Source: Botryllus schlosseri
Taxonomy: Eukaryota
Direction: 5' to 3'
Length of the DNA: 64,000 nucleotides
Assembly (NCBI GenBank): GCA_051294905.1
Contig: CM119371.1
Span: forward strand, 32,862,001-32,926,000
In this document: one piece after another, positions 39,597-51,385 of the stretch
Layout: the number at the start of each line of letters is the position of its first letter
How positions within the stretch are numbered: the stretch's first letter is position 1
Made by a program: the position numbers and the translations under genes
Notes under the pieces: model-generated
Database searches by the model: none
What the model was told of the DNA's origin: nothing
The model's input: only the letters and a program-made list of their open reading frames with translations

Positions 39597-42500
39597 AGGT
39601 TCCGAGTCACAAGTCAATCTCACTTTTGTGGTGTTGACTCGAGTCAAGTCGATTCACTCTGAGTCCAAGTCGTCGAGCAGAGGGTCGAGTCCGAGTCCAT
39701 GTTGACTTTTCACTTTCTTGTTAAAGTCTTTGTGAACCTACTTTTCACAACTCTGCTTGGTGATCTCGAATGCTTTGCATTCATAATAAACTAATTGCCC
39801 TCGCTTTTTCCAGTCTCTAGTCACATTTACAAGTACCAGTACTAATAGACGAATTACCATTAGTGTACCGATTTACTATCCTCGAAATTTGCAATGAAAA
39901 GGTGGTCTTACCAGTCCCAGTCTCGAGTCATATGACTTGGTAAATACGGCTTACCCATCATACTGTATTGTTCTAGTCTCCATTGTCAAGCCACCGCAGT
40001 GGTACAAACCAAATTAATCTTCCTCTTGATAATCAAACGATAAATACTATGGAATTTCTGAAAACGAAAGATTCCGATTTGGCCATTTATTTATTGTTCA
40101 TGCCGACAAAACATTACAAAAAAAAACTTTTTGAACATCGCGCTATCTTTATATGACATGCGATTTATCATAATTGATAATTGCTAGACCTCGAGCACAA
40201 TGCAAACGAAAACCGCCGCCACTATCAGTTAAAGATTTACTCGTTTGGAACTATTTGCGGTACGCAAAGAAAGTATCGCAATTTAAATACTGTATCTGTA
40301 AAATAATATGACTTCCTGCAATCACACTCGGATGGTGAAAGAATAGACCGCAGCTACACGCGTGTTGGCAAGTTCGGATATCATATCTAAATACACGAAA
40401 ACAGACATGTTTCGGGCGATAGAACACTGAACAGTGATCACAGAACAGTTAGACCGCAAGAATTCAAAAGTCTTACGACAATGATATGTACCTTGCTATC
40501 TGCGCGAAAGTAATATTAATCATTGAGAGGACGCCACAGCGCAAACTCAAAACATCATACAATCTTTGCGAAATATGTGTGTCTACGACCTGTCTACGAC
40601 CCGTGACATGCGGATGTGAATATACACCGATGGTGCACGAAATCAGAACCTATTTCAGACTTACACCACGACATATATCATACATAACAGTTTGATCCGA
40701 ATGATAAGTGCACGTGAGGACGTAGGATTTATAACCGCGAATAATTCTGTGTTATGTTCTGTGGTTTCGTTCCGCACCTTTTGGTTTTCGATAAGAGTAT
40801 ATAATATATCAAAGCCAATAGTCTTTACTATATGCACGCGGGTCCGAAGACCTTAGTCGACAAAAGAGCCATATTTACCCGCAATTTTCAATTGTAATTC
40901 CAAAAGAGTCATACATCGATGTCCCTTGTTACATCACAATTGAAAATCTGTGACGTCATGTACACACGATATCAAAGTTAATTTTATGGGATTCGTCGTC
41001 CGCGCCTCATGTTCCGCGTATACACTGTTGCGCCCAAAACAATCAAGCCAGTTACGTTAAATTTGAGCATCCGACACAATGAAAAACGACAGCCATGCAC
41101 TCTCGCTACAGGGCAAGGCATCCTTTTGCAAGCTTCATACTATTAATCTCAATAACACCAGCATATCTCAAAAGCATTGTTGGCACCGGGGAAAATACGT
41201 CGCTTGAAATTGAATGGTAGATTTGCTATTGTTGACCCGTCTGCCGCCGTTATTTTATGGAAAAGATCGTATTGTCTATGTTAATTTTGACGGTGTTCCA
41301 TATTCAGATCAATGAGAGGATTTCATGCGGTATATTTAACACCTCAACAACTTCGTCAAGTTCCAAAGTTCACAGTCAATGATTGGGTAGCAATATTGCT
41401 GTCCAAGGCGAGTATAGATAGGTAAGCGGGAATCTGACATCCATAGCCTATACCGCACAAAAGATTTTATGCAGAAGCCGGCATTGTTATTCATTGATTT
41501 TGAGGGTGTTTCATACTGAGATGGGTGTCAAGATTTCACATTGTGTATCTCGATGATTTCGACTACCATTGTATCAAGTCTCAAGATCAACACTTGATAA
41601 CCACTCAAAATATCAATGAGCATTTTTAATCAGCTGCCTAAAATATGAATTTCATGGTAGATTCGTTGTTTCGAATTGTGCCGAATTAAATGTAGATTTC
41701 AGCCTTAAAATTATCCTCACGGATGATAAAATTAACCCATTCACCATTGAATTCGTGTTATCCTGCAACCATCATTTGTAAATAACATAACAATTATATC
41801 TTCCGACCGTGCTTTTCGCCATTTTTACCGTATTTTGTCGTACAATATGTCTTATCTCCACCGGCTTCGCAAATACCACCTGTAATTTGGCCAACGGAAA
41901 CCCAAAAACGTTGCGTTGCGCTACAGCCTTACATTTTAACGACGATGCGAGCAAGCTGTCTCATAATCGGGGTTTTGGAAAACTGTGTATTTTAAATTTG
42001 TAATTAGGAATGTCAGGTCCAAGGGAGTCCATTTCTCGCGGATTATCCGGGAGACAATGTGGATTTTATTGTCGCGTTGTGATAAAGGCATCGCCAAGTT
42101 TGCCTCTCTCTATGATAAGATTTCAAGACGTTGGATACAGCGAATAATGATGTTGCATGGTAGCCTGAGCGATAGCAACTTTGTTTTTGCAAATATACAA
42201 ATTTTATATCGGGTTCGATTCGACGGATTAGATTTGTTCGATAAATAGCCTGGTAAAAGGGGTTACCGTCATTATAGAAAAAACACTATTGTGCTGGACT
42301 GGTAAATGAGCAACTATCAGTCGGCAATATTTGACATAAATTATTACATTTTGAAAAGGGAATTCAAGCCCCGAGTACCCCCTAGATAAGCCACATTTTG
42401 TCCCTGCAAAGACTTGTCTCAGCTACAACAACCATAATGATTCCGATCATCATGAAAAGTTACCAACCCGTGCTATACACCTATACGGCTTACGCCTATA

Positions 42501-42944
42501 TACAAACTATTTATTTTAGATACCCTTTCCTGACGAATATGCATTGAGTTATTGGAATATTCGGGTGGGGTAAGTTTTGAGTTGGAATTATTTTTTAACG
42601 CAGCACAGCATGTTAATTTTATTTTAAGAGAAAGTTCAAGTGGGAAGCGGTTCTGGAAATTGATTGCAAAGCTCCTACGCGAAATTGATCGCGATATTGA
42701 ATATTTTCTTAAGCATTGCTTCGTAATTAACTGTTGTCCGCTATACTTCGTCGGAGACGTCAAGCCAGAAGGCCCGCGTTCCTACCCAGGTTTTGATTTA
42801 AATATTAGCATAAGAGGTGTTTTGGTAAGGTTGCATTTAAAAAAAATGGTGTTTTAAAACACTTTGTTTAAAACATTCCGAAAAAAATGCCATTTAGCAA
42901 AAATGGAACACTGTCGTAACACAGTGAAAATTAACGTGGATTTT

Positions 42945-43500
42945 GCGACAACGCAACAGCTCCCTTCAACACGTAAAGTCGTGCTTCCTGCACTTCAACA
43001 AAGTAATGTTGTGTACGAATTTAAGTGCCACTGTGATTGTCGTTACGTATGAAGAACATCCAGGCGTTTGCAGGAACGCATAAACCAGCATATCCCTAGA
43101 TTTATCAGATCGCGTGCATCACGCTCGGTGAAAAGCTCACCCTCGACTCATTCCCTTAAGTTTGACGCTGATCGTTCGAAGGCCATAAATTCTGCCATTG
43201 GCAAACATCTGTTGGATAATCCCACCTGTGCGCAAATTATGGAGACGACAGATTTCGTGTCATCGGTATGTATCAAAATACATCGGCCGAAGCTTTACCA
43301 ACAAAAGAAGTTCTTGCGCCATCTTAAAATAGTACATTGAACGCTCTCTTATCCTAGATCTCATTTCATACTGGTGAAGTCATATTTCGAGATACGATTG
43401 TTGATATACAATGTTCTTTCCAATTGCATACTAGTTGCTGACGATTACCCCTGACGAGTGTCAGCCGAAAATATTCGGGTTCATTTCAATATGAATTAAC
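42945..43500 (+). mobile_element. Penelope-like element 3' remnant (GIY-YIG endonuclease end plus pLTR)
   Basis: QQSNVVYEFKCHCDCRYV*RTSRRLQERINQHIP...SAIGKHLLDNPTCA: PLE GIY-YIG with CCHH motif; hammerhead downstream. Confidence 0.85.
43447..43480 (+). ncRNA. Minimal type I hammerhead ribozyme (stem II degenerate)
   Basis: ACCC-CTGACGA-GTGTCAGCC-GAA-AATATT-C-GGGT: core CUGANGA/GAAA/UC, stem I ACCC:GGGT, palindromic stem III AATATT. Confidence 0.75.
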
Positions 43501-44948
43501 TATTCAAAATAAGTTCAATCTCGAAATCTTACATCCAGATGCTCGCGACTTGAAAAGACTTTCGTCCTTTGAAGATCACGCACTTTTGATCTCGGCCATG
43601 CGTGACGGGGGCGTCATAATGGTCCCTTGCCGCAACTTTATAATATATGCTGACAATGTTTGCAACATGTTCCATGAATGCAGTGTATAATAATTCCTGT
43701 AAAATTAATTGCGCGTACTTTTAGATCGCCCATTGCCGCTTAAAATACTCCCGTCACGCTAGCTCGGGATATTTTCCACAAAATGTTTCGAACTAGGTAT
43801 TTTATTTTTCAGCGTACAGCGAGTCGAAATCTCGTAAACAACTTTTGAGAATTAGAGCTCTTTGTACAAGATGCTTGAAAGCTTTTGGGTCAAAATGATT
43901 AAAAAACATATACGTGTATCAAAAATACATGAAAAAGGTTCACAGTGCAGAACCTACTAAGGTTCGTTTGGGAAGATGAACCTCTAAATATCTGAGGTTC
44001 ACACACAGAACGCGAAGGTGAACCTCACGTTCATACCATCCCTACGAAATATCATTCAAAGTATGTGCAATCCTCAAGATGTTCGAAACTCATGCAACTA
44101 ATAAGCTGTCTTTGTCTTCGCATCATTGCTTCTGCATGAAATAAAAATTGTACTAGGAAAATGCATCAGATCTTCGCATGCAAAAAGCCCAGATGTTATA
44201 CGTCGAACGATGTTCGCAATAACAATTAGGAAATTTCTTATTTTTTTAAAGGAATAAATTAATACAACGCCTCGTCTAGAAATGTGGTAGCAAGTATCAG
44301 CAACTAACGCGAAATGCAGATAAAGGGACATTTTGACATTTTTGAGCGTCCTCGGTGGGCCATGCACCTTCCCTGAGAAAAGAGGACAAATCCTCCTACA
44401 TATGGTAATCCTACTCTCCATAATATCACACAGCAACACGAGACAACATGCGGGCAGATAGCGCTTTAATATCGCCGACACTCATAATTTTAATCACAGT
44501 CACGACATATAATCAAATCCCGCCGTGGTGATACAACAATAGCGCAGAACATTTTAGCAAGTTCAAAGTCATTCTGATTTTGTTGCAAGGATCGTTTTAG
44601 TTCCTTATTTATTGGAAAGCGCCTGCTGCGTCTTGACCGCTAAGTAATCGTCAACCAAGGTTTTTTCACGTCTCTCTCTATCTCTCCCTCTCTCTCTCCC
44701 TCTCCTCTCTCTCTTTGTTTGCCGTGTCTACTGAAATTAGTCCAGAAAAAATCTTATTGCGTGAGCAATTATGTCCACACTCCATTTCAAAGTATTCGCT
44801 GACGCTATTTGCGAGCTGTTGCAATGCTTGGACGTAGATTGTGTTCAATACTGAACCTCGAAATAAGTGAGCACTGTTGTGGAATATTTACAGTCAAACG
44901 TACTGGACCATTGACTTTATATATTTCAAAGAGTTTATTTGTTTACAT

Positions 44949-46734
44949 CAGTGTTTCTTAACCTTTTAGCCAGCGCCCCCAGGGGCGATTTGGATTTTGA
45001 AGGGGCAGAAACGCTCAGGGGCGATAAGACGGCGCTGGGCTCAAGGGGGCGATATGGGGGCGCTGAAGAAAAGTTGAGTAGCAGTAGAGGATTTAGTCGG
45101 ACATGTGATTATAAAGTAAAACAACAGTTCTATATATGCCCGAGTTCTCATTGCAAATTAACATTCGACACATTCGGGTTATTTTCCAGAAAATATTTCT
45201 GACTAGGTATTTCATCGCGCAGCGAACAGTGTGTCGAAATCGAAGAAAGAGGCACTGCACTACTTTTAACCCTTTTAATTAGGGGGGGGTCAGTTTTTGC
45301 AGAACTGACCATCACTTTTCAAATTCATACCGTGACCTCCCCAGGACTTCAATCTGAGCTGTTCCAGTTTAAAAGTGGCCGGAGTATATCCTTATACCGT
45401 TTCCGCCCTCGATCGACACCCCATGCCATGTCTAGAGTTTTTTATAAGACTAAATAAAAAAACTTATTTTCTGAAAAATCTCTTTCTCTCTCTCATTTTT
45501 CCAGACTGACCCCCAGGGTAGCGTCCGAGAGTCGAAGATGATGCCGCAGTGCGTTGCCACCGTTGCCTGGTTTCAAATAAGCCGTCAACCATAACCGTAA
45601 GCCTCGCGGCTCGCCAGATATCGAAAAATCAAAAATACATGAAAAATTTACATATGGGAGTGGTCAGTGAGTGGTCATAATGGTCAAATTCAAGATCAAT
45701 ACCGAATCGGACCCCTTACGCCCAGTTAATGGCATGAAACAACGTGGTGTGCTTTCTCCTGTCATATCCCACCATTTGCAGGCATAGTAAACCAGTTTAT
45801 GACTCATATCCCGTCGCGAACTTGGACTTGAACTTGACTATGTTCTTGAAAATCACCGAAGCGTTACCACAATTAACAAACCCCCTCACAAAACTCCCCA
45901 GAACAAGGTTTGATGTTCCAAACGGTGATAAATTACACATAATACCGTACAAGTCGACTTATGATGTTCTGGCAGAATTCTGACTATATTTCCCACTCGA
46001 AAAATATCTGGAAATTTTAGACATGGGTATTTTCAGCCGAACTCTTCATGTAAGATCGTCGGTATTCGAAAATTGTCATGCCCTATACCTTCAAATTAGG
46101 TATCATATAAATCGGAAGATAGCAGGCTTCCCTAGAAACCAAAAGCAGTCCGCTACGACATATATATTTGGAGATATTGAGAGATGAACTTGAACTTGAA
46201 CTGAACGCCAGTGACCCCCCCCCCTTTAAAAGGGTTAAGAGTGAGAGAGAGATGAGAGCCCTTTGAAGCTTTTTGGTCTAAAACATTGCCTGAATATATT
46301 TGTATTAGAGAGCTACAAAATTAAATCTTCAGCATATTTCTTCATCGTATCTTAAAAGTTAATACTGTTCAGTGTTTTGACCCGCAAGCTTACATGAACG
46401 TTATATAATATTGGCTGCTTTGTTTGGAATACATTCATGTTAAAGGTAATCGACCATCAGATGGTATGAGCCCGTTCCCGATGGTTGGTATAACAACTTT
46501 GATTTGATTCCGAATATAGCTCATACAAATATAATTGCGGTATTTGGTCAAGTGCTGGTCCTCTAGCACGATTCAAGCTATATCCGACAGTAAAGTCCCA
46601 ACCTGAAAAGACCGACAGGACTTCGAACTCTTGCCATATGCTTTTACTACTGTCTCTAATACATGGGAAGGGGGGCGCTAGACCCAGGCAAGTTTTGAAA
46701 AGGGGCGCTGCAAGAGATAGGTTAAGAACCACTG
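44949..46734. mobile_element. hAT-Charlie-like element containing a piggyBac MITE
   Basis: TIR CAGTGTTTCTTAACCT / AGGTTAAGAACCACTG. TSD GTTTACAT/GTTTACGT. GGGGCG subterminal repeats. Confidence 0.85.
45270..46234. mobile_element. Non-autonomous piggyBac element
   Basis: TTAA|CCCTTTTAA..GGGGGGGGTCA ... TGACCCCCCCCCCTTTAAAAGGG|TTAA. Confidence 0.9.
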
Positions 46735-46749
46735 GTTTACGTTGTACTG

Positions 46750-47488
46750 CAGGGGTTCTTAAAGTCCGGTTACCGATCCAAGCATGGATCGCAAATTTTT
46801 TTTGTGCGATATCCTGCGTTTGGTTTATTCCTACACACGATCACTGTATTAAGTTGACCCACCGGTAATAAGCGCGTCACGCAGAAAAGTTTACTACAAT
46901 GACGTGATACTGAAAATCTGCCGTCCTTTGTATTACAGAAATTGGTTTAATACCATGATAAGATTCGTCGGACATTGGCATGTATAGAAATCTCTAACTT
47001 AACTGGGTACTACTCGGGGAAGGTAAAAGGAAGGAAATCGCGCGGTGGTACCTCCCGCAGCCGATATGTCTTGGTACGCATAATAATACACGGAAACAAT
47101 TCGACTTTATTCGCAATTGTGAAAGAGAAGGATATCCGTAGTACTTCTTAACGCCGCCTGAGACCGTTGGGCTGCTTTTGTCTGGGTGTGTACAACGGTA
47201 TTTAAAGACCGACCTTTCCTCCCGCGCCGGGACAGTTGAAGGCATGAATTTTGGCCTACATGGGGTTGCGGTCAAATGCTGTGTTTAAACGCAGGATAAA
47301 TGCGATAAAACCATGGCTAAGAATATTGGTGCCAAAACCTTCAATATTGATACGCCCGGTCTTCGAAATGGTCGGCGTCGAATACTCTCATATTATAACG
47401 GCATTCATTTCGATGCGTGATGTTTGGGTCGCGATATGAAATATAACCAAGAGTTGGGTCGAGATCTAAAAAATTTTAAGAACCCCTG
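46750..47488. mobile_element. hAT-Charlie-like MITE
   Basis: TIR CAGGGGTTCTTAAA / TTTAAGAACCCCTG. TSD TTGTACTG/TTGTAGTG. Confidence 0.9.
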
Positions 47489-47606
47489 TTGTAGTGAGTA
47501 CTGTATGCATTAGCGTAACCCAGATGCAAAAGGAAGAGACATCGTGGATAAATTATCACATAGTGGCTACAAGTAGCGTCATAATGGACAAATGTGGTGC
47601 ATTAAG

Positions 47607-47686
47607 GTATCGCGGAACCAGGAGTTGAAAGAGATATTCTGTCATCAGACTTGGAAACAAAGCTAAAAACTTCGTTTGGCGCACCA
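47607..47686 (+). CDS. Tentative exon (GIAEPGVERDILSSDLETKLKTSFGAP) of the GIY-YIG-like gene
   Basis: Donor CCA|GTATGT in phase 0 matches the next exon; the acceptor is weak. Confidence 0.35.
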
Positions 47687-47914
47687 GTATGTTCTCATCA
47701 CGGCGGATCGATATGTTTTTGCAATCAGTTACGGAAAATCGTAGGGGACATACGACCCAATGATGATAACGACTGTATAACGGGTTACACGGGACATAGG
47801 CCTATTTCCCCGTAGAAGAAGGGATAGGAGTTTATCAATTCAGATTCAATTAAATAAAAAATCTATAGGACGTCAACCGTTACGTTTTTCTTTTGGAATA
47901 TTTATTCAACGTAG

Positions 47915-48090
47915 ACATTTCTTTCAGTTGGAAACAAAAATATATCATTAGACAATTTTATCGATTCGGACCTCGATCAAGATCATTATGTGATGCAACT
48001 ATTAAAGAAAAGTGATGAGGCTCTGACTGCTGCTATAAATCTCATCAATCCTGAGCTTATCATACCAATTGGCTGGTATGCTTGGAATAA
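47915..48090 (+). CDS. Exon of spliced gene (TFLSVGNKNISLDNFIDSDLDQDHYVMQLLKKSDEALTAAINLINPELIIPIGWYAWN)
   Basis: Acceptor ..CAACGTAG, donor AA|GTAGGT; phase 2 joins the next exon as Lys. Confidence 0.6.
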
Positions 48091-48737
48091 GTAGGTTCAA
48101 CTATTTTCAAGCATTCTTTCACCAGAGGTCGAGAACGAAACCAGCTACGGTTTTGGCAAAAAATAAATAATCTGTTGCTGACAAATAACAAACAGTTTGT
48201 ATTTGTGAAATTTGAACCATCAAACCTATTTCACAGCTCGTACTTCTATGTCCTAATCTACTGACAATCCATCGTTATAGTATATTTAGCATAGCCGCTT
48301 TGTCATACACACTCGGATATTTGAAATTATCATTCTGTATCTTATATGCTATTTCAGTTCGGATTTTATTTTGGTGCCGTTTGTTCATTCTTTGTTTATT
48401 TATTTGTTAAGAGGTTTGTTAAGATGTTCCTGCACGTCTCCACTTTTGTGACCATGTTATGTCGAGTCACCATTCTGCAACGTGTTTATTTTATTTGTTA
48501 TATTTCCTTCATCTGTTTTTTTTCTCTAGTATCTGACTATGACGGGTGACAATACAAAATTGTTTTTCTTCTGTAAAATCATTCCGTCCACAGTATAGCA
48601 GTGACATGATATCAAGAGCATTGATTTAGCTATGGATCCAACAACCGTTTTTAGAGATTTTGGTTCGGATCCAATCGTTTTCTTCACGATATCCTCGAAA
48701 TGGATTTGGACTTGGACTTGGAAATGGACATCTAAAC

Positions 48738-49321
48738 AAGTGGTTCTCAAACTTTTTTTTAGATGATAGTGAGATTTTCGGCGCTCCATTATTGTCACAG
48801 GAAACATATTATACTCATATTATTACTCACTGAATGCAATGAATACATGAAAATCCTTTTTAAATGTCTTCAGTATAGCCAACACATATTGAAAATATGC
48901 GGTGACATAAAACGACTTCGATACTTGCGAAATTGACAATATGTTTGACCAATTCAGCTACCACAGAAATTATTTTCTTTGTGCACAACAATGACGAAGG
49001 CTAACATAATAAAATATGTGATGAAAAAAAACTTGGCCTGATTGAAAGAAACGGGTTGCATTTTCAAGTTCATCGTAATAAATTGATTAATAAACAGGTA
49101 AACATCTCTGACATCTGCAAAATAGTTTTTAAACGCATTACAGTGATTGACGGTAGCAAGAAACAAATGAGTTATTTAAATGTAATTAACTGAACGTTCT
49201 AAAATTTCAGTGCTCTAAACTCCTGTGTACGTTTCACCTCCAATCGCACGTTGTTTTTTTCATCCTCTGAACCATGTGATGACTCTACATGGGGCGATGT
49301 CATCCAATTTGGGAACCACTT
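48738..49321. mobile_element. Degenerate hAT-Charlie-like MITE (intronic)
   Basis: AGTGGTTCTCAAA / TTTGGGAACCACT ends; TSD not recognised. Confidence 0.6.
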
Positions 49322-49341
49322 CATTTAGTTTGTCTTGACAG

Positions 49342-49488
49342 AGTCAAAGGCCCGGAAATCAATCGAGCTATTGATATCGGGAGTTACATTCCGCACCCTT
49401 CTGGCAAGAATATTGAAGATGAGAAAAAGTGGATGGACAGTGCAATGAGGATATTGACTGACAATGGTGTCGATGAAATGCTAGGAAA
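49342..49488 (+). CDS. Exon of spliced gene (VKGPEINRAIDIGSYIPHPSGKNIEDEKKWMDSAMRILTDNGVDEMLG)
   Basis: Acceptor GTTTGTCTTGACAG, donor AA|GTATGT, 147 bp, phase 2-2, open frame. Confidence 0.7.
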
Positions 49489-49805
49489 GTATGTTTATTC
49501 TCTCAACATAACAGCACCGAACTAGAGAATACTTTACAACGATATGCAACTGATAGAAGATGTCAAATGGCTTTTAACTACCATTTAGCACAGTGGTTCT
49601 CAAATTCGACCCCAGAGACCCCCTGGCTACGCCCCTGCCATTATTTATATTACTCTATTTATAAGCGTACGTCGGTGGCTTCCAGTTGAAAATGTCTGAG
49701 ATATCTTGGCAGACTCCTCGAGAATCATTATAAAGAGAGATGTCGCAAGCTGAACACATGTTAACACCAACCTGGAACCAATAAGTCGATCACCAACGGT
49801 TAAAT

Positions 49806-50092
49806 CAGTGGTTCCCAACCTGGGGAGGGTTCGTGAAAGCATCTGAAGAGGGGCGCGAAGAAGCGGTCTAATGAAGAAAAAAAAACGCTCCGCGCGATTT
49901 ACCTCCAATTCACGTTTGTTTCTCTGTATATAGACCGAATTTCATATTTTTGAATTCTCTCATCAACAGTCATAATAACCTTCCATGCCATCAAACCATC
50001 GGTTGGATTTTGTGATATGACGATAAGGGGTGCGCGAAATTTTTCACTATCATAAAGGGGGGCGTGTCTAAAAAAAACGTCGAGAACCACTG
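49806..50092. mobile_element. hAT-Charlie-like MITE (intronic)
   Basis: CAGTGGTTCCCAAC / GTCGAGAACCACTG. TSD GGTTAAAT/GCTTAAAT. Confidence 0.85.
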
Positions 50093-50378
50093 GCTTAAAT
50101 GACAATAATAACTATGACTGCAAGGAAAACGTTTAATAACAGGCTGTTACTGGTAGTAAAATACCCAATTGTAATTCACAAATTATAAAATCTCTACGTG
50201 ATTGAAAAAACGGCCTTATATTATTGATCATCGTTAGCAAATTATGTTGGTAATCACCATTATATCCAGCAAATAGAAATCATGTTGACCAGTGTTACGA
50301 TTCCACACTTCTCGAACCACTGCCATCATGATAAGAAAGCTCTTCAAACAACCAATACTAACACTATTCTTTATTAAG

Positions 50379-50642
50379 AAGTAAGAGAAAAGAAGACGGA
50401 TGGTCTGAATGGCAAACTATCGCTAGGCCAAGGTGGAAAAAGTTACCTGATGGTTACGAGCCAATGCCTGACTTCTACAATGGAATGCGAGCGACTCTCA
50501 CGGAAATGCGGAAGTGGTGGGCGCATTTTGATAATGGAGTATACGAGCTTGCAGTACCTGGACTCGGATCAGTTTATCTTGGAATGACCTCCACGAGAAA
50601 TAAACGGCAGTCACTCATAAGCAAAGTACGAGCTCATACCAG
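50379..50642 (+). CDS. Exon encoding a GIY-YIG-like nuclease motif
   Basis: TACTAAC branch point plus TTCTTTATTAAG acceptor, donor AG|GTTAGT, phase 2-2. SKRKEDGWSEWQTIARPRW...DNGVYELAVPGLGSVYLGMT...LISKVRAHT. Confidence 0.7.
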
Positions 50643-51291
50643 GTTAGTAGTAAATCCATATCTACGGACGGACATTGCCTAGAATTGACACCACCGAGAA
50701 TTATATTACCGAGAACTAGATATATATCTCAGTTTTACCACCGAATATTCACACGCAGGGATGGTTTGAATTTTCGATAAATTAGAGCTTCGCGCTTGCA
50801 AACGAAGTTTGATAGATTCTAACCTGTAAGCCTCCTAGACTCCAGAGTCTATTCTAGAGGAATGAAAGACAGTTTTGATAATGTCAGCATCTCAACATCA
50901 GAATTGCTTGAATTTCAACTAAGTATCTGTAACTGTGTCACGGTGGCATGTTCAGCACAAAACTAGGATGCACCCTGCATCGTCGACAATGGTAGGCCTA
51001 CTAATTTAGATGATTTTGCTTAAAATACCACGTCCGTCTGCCCGTGGATAATTGTAGGCCTAATGAATCCTTTTCATCAGGGCAGCGCCACGGACTTGGT
51101 GAGGAAACGGGTTGGGTTTAGCTAGAATTCTAGATCGTGAGCCTGTATTCCAGATTTAACATATTCTCCATAGAGATGCCTCAAACAGCGACTAATGTAA
51201 CATGTAATGCATCTTGCACCCTCTGCTTTGTTTGCTCGTTCTACAAATCGGTAGGATTTCATGCTATAAATTTTCGGCGCGCCTTGCCTAG

Positions 51292-51385
51292 TGGTTTAAT
51301 ACATCGTTGGCTGGATATTTGGATACAACAAAACGAGCGAATCGAAAGACACGCTAGATGGGATTTCACACCAGACATCATATAG
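51292..51385 (+). CDS. Tentative next exon (GLIHRWLDIWIQQNERIERHARWDFTPDII)
   Basis: Acceptor CCTTGCCTAG in matching phase 2; ends at TAG or an overlapping GTATGA donor. Confidence 0.4.

Noticed and set aside
44098..44481. 127-aa minus-strand ORF
   Set aside because: No recognisable motif, non-ATG start and no splice or paralogue support.
48076..48081. GTATGC as donor for exon 47915
   Set aside because: It would create TGA on joining 49342; the donor at 48091 keeps the frame open.
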